In this document: positions 56,704 to 64,000 of the stretch, piece by piece
Layout of the letters: every line of letters starts with the position of its first letter
Position numbering within the stretch: the stretch's first letter is position 1
Assembly (NCBI GenBank): GCA_041601615.1
Contig: JBFIHX010000005.1
Location: 136,548-200,547 of the forward strand
Direction of reading: 5' to 3'
DNA: 64,000 bases
Source: Thermoplasmatota archaeon
GTDB lineage: Archaea; Thermoplasmatota; E2; JACPAO01; JAHFTW01
Notes under the pieces: generated by a model
Told to the model about the DNA's origin: nothing
Databases searched by the model: none
Seen by the model: only the letters and a program-made list of their open reading frames with translations
Translations under genes and position numbers: made by a program

Positions 56704-56982
56704 TTACAGGCGGCGGCCGGTGGCGCGGGCGTTGGCAAGGTCGGGGCTGTTGGATTGTGTCCATTGGACTCCCTTCGAGCCTTCAACAATCATCGCGTGC
56801 TGCTCCAAATAGCCGAGGGCTCGGTTCAATCTGGCCGGGGTGGTGCCTGAGCCGGCTTCAGAGAGCTTCTTGTGGATGTAGTACCGACTTACGGGGGCAG
56901 GTGCTTCCCGCAGGATGGCTTCCACGCGCTCCAGGGTTGCAACCTGGACGTCCACTCGGGGGCGATCCACAATCAACTGCAC
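56704..56982 (-). CDS. Small winged-HTH protein, putative antitoxin
   Basis: TLERVEAILRE...SRYYIHKKL...LNRALGYLE...VQWT. Confidence 0.6.
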   Translation of the reverse strand: MQLIVDRPRVDVQVATLERVEAILREAPAPVSRYYIHKKLSEAGSGTTPARLNRALGYLEQHAMIVEGSKGVQWTQSNSPDLANARATGRRL

Positions 56983-56998
56983 AATGCACTAGATGCGA

Positions 56999-57022
56999 AC
57001 CCCATAAAGTAGTTTATGGGGT
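56999..57022. promoter_or_regulatory. Perfect 10-bp inverted repeat over the TA promoter
   Basis: ACCCCATAAA-GTAG-TTTATGGGGT, 17 bp upstream of the HTH gene. Confidence 0.7.
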
Positions 57023-57098
57023 AAGGGACCGTCGGCTATTTTGGTTCGTGTCATTGCCCCTTCGCGCACCCATTAAGACACTCCTCCTTCCCCCGCGT

Positions 57099-57878
57099 AT
57101 GGACCTGCAAGATCGCCACGCCTTTGTCTGCGGTGCCAGCGGAGGAATCGGACGTGCGACTGCCCTGGCTCTGGCCAAGCGCGGCGCGACCCTGACGGTG
57201 CTTGCCCGCTCGAAGGACGCCCTGGAAGCACTTGCTGCAGAAGCGGGTGCCGCCGGGGCCACGGTTCACATTCTGGTGGCGGACCTCGACGACCGCGCGG
57301 ATTTGGAAGCCAAAGTCACGGCGCACCTCGCGGCCCACGGACCCATCCACATCCTCGTCAACAACACCGGCGGCCCCCCGTCGGGCAAGCTCCTGGAGGT
57401 CACCGACGAATCGGCCTTCCTCGTTCCCTTTGGTCGCCACGTTTTGGCCGCGCATCTGCTGGTTCGGCTCCTTCTGCCCGGTATGGCAGAGGCGGGCTAC
57501 GGCCGCATCATCAACGTCATCAGCACGAGTGTCCGCGAGCCGATTCCGAACCTCGGCATCAGCAACACCGTTCGTGCTGCGATGGCGGGTTGGGCCAAGA
57601 CCCTGAGCCGTGAATTGCCGCCGGGTGTCACCATCAATTCGATTCTTCCGGGTTTCACGGACACGCCGCGCCTTCGCAGCCTCAAGGAGCAAGTTGCCGC
57701 CTCGGGGGGACGGACGGAGGATGCCGTGGAGGCGGGGTGGATTGCGGCGACGCCGGAAGGGCGCCTTGGTCAACCCTCGGAATTGGCCGAAGCCATCGCG
57801 TTCTTGGCCAGTCCCGCCGCCTCCTTCGTTCGCGGCATCGTCATGCCTGTGGACGGCGGTCGATTGCAGGGAATCTAA
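57099..57878 (+). CDS. Short-chain dehydrogenase/reductase
   Basis: CGASGGIG, NNTGGP, SNTVRAA, PGFTDT, VDGG. Confidence 0.92.
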   Translation: MDLQDRHAFVCGASGGIGRATALALAKRGATLTVLARSKDALEALAAEAGAAGATVHILVADLDDRADLEAKVTAHLAAHGPIHILVNNTGGPPSGKLLEVTDESAFLVPFGRHVLAAHLLVRLLLPGMAEAGYGRIINVISTSVREPIPNLGISNTVRAAMAGWAKTLSRELPPGVTINSILPGFTDTPRLRSLKEQVAASGGRTEDAVEAGWIAATPEGRLGQPSELAEAIAFLASPAASFVRGIVMPVDGGRLQGI

Positions 57879-57894
57879 GGCTGCCTCGTTCGGT

Positions 57895-58713
57895 TCAGGC
57901 GCGCAGGGCGTCCACGTCGATCTTGAACAAGTCCGCGGCCGTCTTCCACGCCATGCACTCCTTTTGCTCCTCGGGAAGGTCCAGCGTGCGCAGGAAATCC
58001 ACGTAGGGGCCCATGCGCACCAGGGGCCAGTCGCTGCCGTACATCAGTTTGCGTTCGGCCGTGCCTAGGTAGGTGATCATCTCGCGAAGCCGTCCGACCA
58101 TGAACCGCTCGAAGTCGGCGGTGAACGCGCCGAGGGTCAGGCCGCTGATGTCGGCGTAGACGTTGTCGTTCTTGTACACTACTTGGGCGGCGTCCATGAA
58201 CCAGGGGTTGCCCGCGTGGCATATGACGAAGTTCACGTCCGGGTGGTCTACGGCGATGTCGTCCACGAGAAGCGGGTGGGCGTGTCGCACCTTTGCGGTC
58301 TTGGAGTAGGTGTCGCCGCAGTGCACCATCACGGGCACGTCGCACTTGGCCGCGAGCCGGAATACCGACTCCAGGCTCGGATCGTTGATGGGGTAGGGCT
58401 CGTAGCCGGGGTAGATCTTGATGCCCTTGACGCGGCCGTCGCGGATGCGTTCTTCCATGGCAAACAGGTCCGTGCGGTCTGGGCCCCGCCAGCGCAATCC
58501 TTCGACGATGGTGGTGCGAGGGTCGCCGTGCAGAATGTCCAGGACCTTATCGACGCTGGGCCGGTCGCAATCTACTTTGTAGCTCGTGATCACCACGGCG
58601 TGGTCGACCTTGCGCTCGGCCATCTTGGCAAATAGGTCCTGTACTTGGCCTTCCAAGGGGTTGTCGGCGCCCTCGTGGTAGTTGTTGAGGTGGACGTGGC
58701 AGTCGATGAGCAC
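57895..58713 (-). CDS. Amidohydrolase_2 family protein
   Basis: IDCHVH, GIKIYPGY, VHCGD, CHAGNPW, YADISG, YGSDWP. Confidence 0.9.
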   Translation of the reverse strand: MLIDCHVHLNNYHEGADNPLEGQVQDLFAKMAERKVDHAVVITSYKVDCDRPSVDKVLDILHGDPRTTIVEGLRWRGPDRTDLFAMEERIRDGRVKGIKIYPGYEPYPINDPSLESVFRLAAKCDVPVMVHCGDTYSKTAKVRHAHPLLVDDIAVDHPDVNFVICHAGNPWFMDAAQVVYKNDNVYADISGLTLGAFTADFERFMVGRLREMITYLGTAERKLMYGSDWPLVRMGPYVDFLRTLDLPEEQKECMAWKTAADLFKIDVDALRA

Positions 58714-58775
58714 ACCAGGGGACCTGCGGCCCCGCAAAAAGGCAGGACCTTCGGGTCCGGGTGGCAGGTGCGGGC

Positions 58776-61331
58776 TCAGCCGGTGTTGCGTAGGCCCGCG
58801 GCGATGGCTGCAATGGTGGACATGAGTGCTGGCCTCGCTTCCTCGTCGCCGGCCCGCACCCGCCGCAGCAATTGGACTTGGAGCAGATGCAATGGATCGA
58901 GGTAGGGGTTGCGTACTCGGATGGAGCGCGCAAGTACCGGGTTTTCGGCCAGAAGTGCTTCGTGTCCCGTGGCGGCAAGGATACCGGCGCGAGCGTCCAT
59001 GAGTCGTCGCAGCAGGGGATCGCCGTGTTCGAGATGCGTGAGACCAAGGTATGCATGGAACACAGCCGGGTCGCATTTGGCCAGCACCATTTCCACCAAG
59101 GAAAGCGCTGTTTGCCAGAACGGCCACGAGCGCATCGCTTCCGGCGGAGGGGATTCGGATGGCGCGAGTGCTGCGTCGACGCCCAGCCACGCGGGAAGGC
59201 TCAATCGGTTCTGAGTCCACGCAAACACCCACGGAATGGCCCGCAGCGACCCGGGGCCGTGCCCTCCGCCTCGCTTGGCGGGACGGCTGCCTATGTTGAG
59301 CCCGGAAAGTTCGTCCACGGGGGTCACATCGCGGAAAAACGGCACGAAGCTGTTGGATTCGAGGACTTCTCGGTACGTGCTTCGGCTGGCCTTCGACATG
59401 CGGTCCATTTCAGCGCGCCATGCGGGCTCCGGCGGGGCGGGGGGTTGCAGGGTCGCTTCTAGGACGGCCGTGGTGTAGAGTTCCAGTGATCGGGCCGCGA
59501 TGCCGGGCAATCCAAAGCGGGCTTGGATTACCTCGCCTTGCTCCGTGACGCGCAACCGTCCCGCGACGGCGCCCGGAGGAAGTGCCGTGATGGCTTGGTG
59601 TGCCGGTCCGCCGCCGCGACCCACGGTGCCGCCTCGTCCATGAAACAGCGTCAATTCTACGCCGCGCTTCTTGCAGATGGCCACGAGTTGCTCCTGGCAG
59701 CGATGCAATCCCCAGGCCGCCGCGAGCATTCCGGCTTCCTTGGCTGAATCGGAGTAGCCAATCATCACTTGGAGGCCGGCTCCGACGGGAGCGAGGGCCT
59801 GCCTTGCGCGTGGATTGTCAAGAATGGCTGTGATGGTCTCGGGGGCGCGGTCCAAGTCGTCGGGGGTCTCGAACAACGGTACGACCGGAAGCCGGCAACC
59901 GGCGCGGTGTTGAAGGTACGCCACGGCTAGCAAGTCGCTTGGGCGCGCCGCCATGGAAATGACGTAGGAACCGAGTGCCGCCGGGTCGGCCGCCGCAAGC
60001 ACATGGAAGGTGTCCAGCACATCGTCGCCGCGTGGCAAAGGCAAGGGTTCCGCTTCGAGCGCATCGAGCAGAAACTGCGTTCGGCTCGCTTCATTCAGGT
60101 TCGCGTACTCTGGCACCAGGCCGGCAATGGCATCTGTATGTCTGCTTGCTTCTTGGCGAACGTCTAACGGCAACAAGTAGAGGCCGAAGGTGGCAAGCCG
60201 CCGAAGCGTGTCGAGCAGGGTGCCGTCCGCAAGAACGCCCGCGCCGGTTGCGTGCAGGCTGTCGTAGCACAGTTGCAGCGTGTCGTGGATGTCGCCCGCT
60301 GTCACCGCTGGCGCTGCCGGTCCTCCGTCCAGTTCCGCTTCCGTGCCGTCCAGTGCCGCCTGCAATCGGCCTCGAAGGTCACGAAGCACGGCTCGGTACG
60401 GCTCACGAGCATCCGTTTGGGCACGAAGCGCCGGGCTCGCGGTGCGCAGGCTCAGCTCCCGCCGCAACTCATTGATTTCGCCAAGGTACAAGTGCAACCC
60501 CATCCAGCGAGACAGCAGCAGGACTCGGCGCGTGGTTTCAGGTGTTACGCGGGGATTGCCATCGCGGTCGCCGCCCATCCAGGACCCGAAGCGAATGGGT
60601 GCTGCCGTGGCGTCTAAGCCCCGGCCCGTGTGTTCGCGCAGCCTTGTGTCCAATTCGCGAAGAAAACGCGGCACCGCGTCCCAAAGAACGCGCTCAATGA
60701 CCGCCAAGCCGCCGCGTGCCTCCATTTCTGGGTCGGGCCGCTCGTGGCGAACATCCTCCGTCAACCAAATGGCAAGCACGTGGCCATGCAGCGCTCGCCG
60801 GGCAGAATCGCGCTCCAAATCCAGCAAATCCGGCCGATCCAACCGTTCCAACAGCGCCGCAATTTCCTGGTGCTTCATCAGCACCGTGCGCCGGGTCGCC
60901 TCCGTCGGGTGCGCCGTCAACACAAGGTCGATGCGCTGCTCGTGGATGGCCCGGTGCACCGCCTCGGCCGTAATTCCGGAAGCAATCAGGCGGCCAAATG
61001 TCTCCGGCAACGACGCACGCTGCGGTGCGGAGCCGGCTCGCAAGTGATCCCGTCGCCGCCGGGTCCGGTGGTGCTGCTCGGCGATGTTGGCAAGGCTCAA
61101 AAAAAGGCCAAACGCCCGCGCCAACTTTCCAGCTGTCTCCGTGTCCACGTCCGCAAGAAGCGAATCCAGGCCCACGGTCGCAAAACCCTCCGCGCGGGCC
61201 GTTTTCGCAGCCTTACGCACCGCTTCCACGCGGTCAAAAAATGCTTCACCTTCCTGTGCGCGCAGGACGCGGCCAAGCAAGTCTCCAAGCATGCGAACAT
61301 CGCGGCGCAGCGGCGCGTGGGGGTCGTCCAC
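58776..61331 (-). CDS. ppc: Phosphoenolpyruvate carboxylase, bacterial/plant type
   Basis: LTAHPTE, WMGGDRDGNP, VMIGYSDS, FHGRGGTVGRGGGP, TEQGE, LRAIPWVFAW, C-terminal GLRNTG. Confidence 0.97.
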   Translation of the reverse strand: MDDPHAPLRRDVRMLGDLLGRVLRAQEGEAFFDRVEAVRKAAKTARAEGFATVGLDSLLADVDTETAGKLARAFGLFLSLANIAEQHHRTRRRRDHLRAGSAPQRASLPETFGRLIASGITAEAVHRAIHEQRIDLVLTAHPTEATRRTVLMKHQEIAALLERLDRPDLLDLERDSARRALHGHVLAIWLTEDVRHERPDPEMEARGGLAVIERVLWDAVPRFLRELDTRLREHTGRGLDATAAPIRFGSWMGGDRDGNPRVTPETTRRVLLLSRWMGLHLYLGEINELRRELSLRTASPALRAQTDAREPYRAVLRDLRGRLQAALDGTEAELDGGPAAPAVTAGDIHDTLQLCYDSLHATGAGVLADGTLLDTLRRLATFGLYLLPLDVRQEASRHTDAIAGLVPEYANLNEASRTQFLLDALEAEPLPLPRGDDVLDTFHVLAAADPAALGSYVISMAARPSDLLAVAYLQHRAGCRLPVVPLFETPDDLDRAPETITAILDNPRARQALAPVGAGLQVMIGYSDSAKEAGMLAAAWGLHRCQEQLVAICKKRGVELTLFHGRGGTVGRGGGPAHQAITALPPGAVAGRLRVTEQGEVIQARFGLPGIAARSLELYTTAVLEATLQPPAPPEPAWRAEMDRMSKASRSTYREVLESNSFVPFFRDVTPVDELSGLNIGSRPAKRGGGHGPGSLRAIPWVFAWTQNRLSLPAWLGVDAALAPSESPPPEAMRSWPFWQTALSLVEMVLAKCDPAVFHAYLGLTHLEHGDPLLRRLMDARAGILAATGHEALLAENPVLARSIRVRNPYLDPLHLLQVQLLRRVRAGDEEARPALMSTIAAIAAGLRNTG

Positions 61332-61381
61332 GCCAGGGGTAGGGGGGAAAGGGGGATAGGAGCGTCGGAGCAGACCCGGCG

Positions 61382-63664
61382 TTAGGCCCGACGACGGATG
61401 ATGAGTGCCACCACGAGGGCCAGGGCAAACCACGCCACCGGCATTGGGGTGTCCTTGTCTCCCGGATTTTCGCCGGATGCGATGTTTCGCAGGGTATCGC
61501 CATCCACCCAATCGATGCTGAAGGCACCACTGGCCAAGGAAGCGACGGGCACCCGGGTCTCACCGTAGGCGGCGACCGGCCAGGTTTTTTGCTTGCCGTT
61601 GACCTTGAACACGAAATCGGCCGCGTCGCCACCGTTTCGGATTACCAAGTCCTGGCCATCGAAAGTGACATCCGTGACAATGAGGCGCCACCCGGGAAGC
61701 TCGTCGAACCACGGAATGTCGGCAGAATCGGTTGCCCGGCCCGCGTCCTTGGCGCCGATCGTGGTGAACGCCGAAATTCGGTATTGGGCGCCGTCCCGGC
61801 CTTCGGGGTCTACGAGTGTGGTCGTTGTGGCATTGGCGACCGGAATCCACGATTCGTCGAGTCGCCAGAGCTGGTAGCCGCTTGCACCGGCGGCTTCTGC
61901 AAACGTGAACACCACTTCCTTGTCTCCGGCCTCGAATGCCGTGATGCTGGTGCGGTAGCGAATGCTCGCGCCCAATCCGGGCAGCCCACCCGAGAGAAGG
62001 GATTCATCGAGGACGCCATCGCCGTCCGCATCCGGATCAAGAGCGTCCGTTAGGAAGTCATTGTCCAGGTCCGGGGGTGTAATCATAGGATCGAGCGGGT
62101 CGCCTCCGTGGAAGAACTCATGGCCGTCCGGGTACCCGTCTTCGTCCGTGTCGGCGCGAATGGGGTCGGTGCCCGCCTGCACTTCGTCGCCGTCATTGAG
62201 CAAATCTTCGTCGAAATCTGCGATGGTGGGATCTGTTCCGTACAACGTGCCTTCCTCGCCGTCGCTAAGGCCGTCTCGATCCGTGTCGAAGTACGCTGGG
62301 TCGGTGTGATGGACCTCGACTTCGTCGCCGTCGTTCAAGCGATCGTCGTCGCTGTCCAGGAGCGTCGGATCCGTATGCCAAATCGTCACTTCGTCATAGT
62401 CGGAGAGGCGGTCGCCGTCCGAATCCACCTTCATGGGGTCCGTCTTGTATCGGTGGACCTCCTCGCCGTCCAACAAGCCGTCCTTGTCGGAGTCAGGATC
62501 CCATGGGTTCGTTTTCCACTCAAAGATCTCGTACGGGTCCTCTAGGCCGTCGTCGTCGCTGTCCTTGGTGGTCGGATCGGATGCACCATCGCGGAGCTCC
62601 CAGTCGTCGCTCAAGCCGTCGCCGTCGCTGTCCTTAGAGTTGGGATCTGTGCCCAGTTCCAAGATTTCCTTGTCATCCGTCAATGAGTCGCCGTCGCTGT
62701 CCTTGGATAGAGGATCCGTCGGATTGTTGCCCCAAGCATTGTTGCGCGCCCCCGTTACTTCCTCGCCGTCGGTGAGGCCGTCGCCGTCGGTATCGGGCTT
62801 CAGCGGGTTGGTGTTCCGAGTGACTTCGTCACCATCCAGCAAGCCATCGTCATCCGTATCGGAGTCCAATGGATCGGTTTTCAGGGCGTTGGGTTGTTCT
62901 TGACCATCGAGCAAACCGTCCCCGTCGGTATCAGCAACCAGTGGGTTGGTGGTGCTCCAAACTTCGATCTCGTCGCGGATGCCATCGGCGTCAGTGTCCG
63001 CCTTCGTAGGGTCGGTCCCGAAGCCACCATCGAAATTCGTACGGTACGGGTCGCGGCATTCTTCCCTGTTTTTGTGCTTGACTTCTTGGCAATCGGACAA
63101 GGAGTCCTTGTCGGTGTCCCACGTTTTGGGATCCGTCCCGAGGGCCTTTTCGTGGGCGTCGGACAAGCCGTCCCCGTCCGTGTCCGGGCCTTCGGTCACC
63201 GAAAAAATCAGCTCAAGAGAAGCAATTCGGGTGTCTGCGCGCCCATCGATGCTGGTCGCCTTGAACATCAAAGTCGACTCGAAGCGACCAATCACTTCGG
63301 GCACCTGGACCGTCAAATCAAATCGATACGTTCCCTCGAACACGTCCGGGAAAGCCGCGCCCTCGCCCATTTGGACGGGTCCCCGCACTTGTTGTGTGCC
63401 CTCACGGCGCAGTGTCACCGTTGTGGGCCAAGTCGCTTTGCCGGCGGCCGTGTCGTACGACATGAGGATGTCTGCCGCGTCCTCGCTTACACCGCCATCC
63501 AAAACTACGGTTCCTTGAAAATGAACAGTCTCTCCGCCCATAAGCTCGGCAAAATTGGAGACAATGCTGGCTTTGATGACAAGGTCATCGGCTGCCTGCG
63601 CAGGGCCGGCAAGCATCAGGATGGCGGCCACTAGGACCGAGGCGCATCGCATCGCTGGTGCCAT
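61382..63664 (-). CDS. Secreted surface protein with many DxDxDG Ca-binding (TSP3-like) repeats and a C-terminal anchor
   Basis: Repeated TDPxxxDSDxDGLxDGxE units; C-terminal KDTP+TM+RRR. Confidence 0.88.
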   Translation of the reverse strand: MAPAMRCASVLVAAILMLAGPAQAADDLVIKASIVSNFAELMGGETVHFQGTVVLDGGVSEDAADILMSYDTAAGKATWPTTVTLRREGTQQVRGPVQMGEGAAFPDVFEGTYRFDLTVQVPEVIGRFESTLMFKATSIDGRADTRIASLELIFSVTEGPDTDGDGLSDAHEKALGTDPKTWDTDKDSLSDCQEVKHKNREECRDPYRTNFDGGFGTDPTKADTDADGIRDEIEVWSTTNPLVADTDGDGLLDGQEQPNALKTDPLDSDTDDDGLLDGDEVTRNTNPLKPDTDGDGLTDGEEVTGARNNAWGNNPTDPLSKDSDGDSLTDDKEILELGTDPNSKDSDGDGLSDDWELRDGASDPTTKDSDDDGLEDPYEIFEWKTNPWDPDSDKDGLLDGEEVHRYKTDPMKVDSDGDRLSDYDEVTIWHTDPTLLDSDDDRLNDGDEVEVHHTDPAYFDTDRDGLSDGEEGTLYGTDPTIADFDEDLLNDGDEVQAGTDPIRADTDEDGYPDGHEFFHGGDPLDPMITPPDLDNDFLTDALDPDADGDGVLDESLLSGGLPGLGASIRYRTSITAFEAGDKEVVFTFAEAAGASGYQLWRLDESWIPVANATTTTLVDPEGRDGAQYRISAFTTIGAKDAGRATDSADIPWFDELPGWRLIVTDVTFDGQDLVIRNGGDAADFVFKVNGKQKTWPVAAYGETRVPVASLASGAFSIDWVDGDTLRNIASGENPGDKDTPMPVAWFALALVVALIIRRRA

Positions 63665-63952
63665 GGATGAGGCGCGATTAAGCGCATGCCCGGTTGAGCG
63701 GCGCTTGTTTAAGGCGGTCGACGCGGTACGGAGAGAACCCGAGTTCACGCCCGTGCCTCAGCTTCATCCTATCAGGCCTTATCGGCGTAAGATTAAGAGG
63801 GAAGAAAGCGGCCGAAGGGGGCATATATGCTGCCCGAAAGGCGTCATCGCCACCGTGCTTACAGCACGATGTCGATGTCTAGCCTTTCGGCAATCCCTCC
63901 AAGGTCCGAGCTACAGCTCGAACCTCGGAGTCCGCTTGGCGCTTGGTCAGCC

Positions 63953-63985
63953 CCCTAAGCTCGTCGCTACGCGACTCGCTCAGGG
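63953..63985. repeat. REP-like imperfect hairpin
   Basis: CCCT-AAGC-TC-GTCGC-TAC-GCGAC-TC-GCTC-AGGG at the window edge. Confidence 0.35.
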
Positions 63986-64000
63986 TCCGCTCGGCGCTGC

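Noticed and set aside
57895-58713. Amidohydrolase as the ACMS decarboxylase of the catabolic cluster
   Set aside because: It is on the opposite strand, downstream of ppc, and shows only generic Amidohydro_2 motifs; the specific assignment is unsupported.

Overview
A GC-rich archaeal window, most likely from a Thermoplasmatota lineage. The lineage call is an inference from the archaeal type II GAPDH, Trm1, Trm112, THEP1-type NTPase, GGAGGTGA-type SD sequences and TM+RRR C-terminal anchors. Housekeeping genes are carA/carB, class Ia RNR nrdB and nrdA, gap, rlmE, trm1 and a bacterial-type ppc, interspersed with many secreted or surface proteins (FG-GAP/PKD, two subtilases, a tyrosinase-like protein, a DxDxDG-repeat protein, lipoproteins). 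Four signals stand out. (1) A two-cassette integron array with two attC sites (one canonical, one slightly degenerate) and no integrase in the window lies right after nrdB and carries a HEPN RNase gene and an archaeal-type lipoprotein gene. (2) An unannotated 12-aa Cys-rich peptide, MDPNCNCPPGCC, has a perfect SD and is divergent from an ArsR/SmtB regulator across a double operator, like a micro-metallothionein. (3) The carA-carB junction is interrupted by an insert between 17/18-bp direct repeats and carries two extra copies of the carB 5' end. (4) A 2-aminophenol/kynurenine-type catabolic cluster has an AmnA-RidA fusion and unassigned LLM monooxygenase and asparaginase-II-like enzymes. All family calls come from motif recognition; no database search was run.
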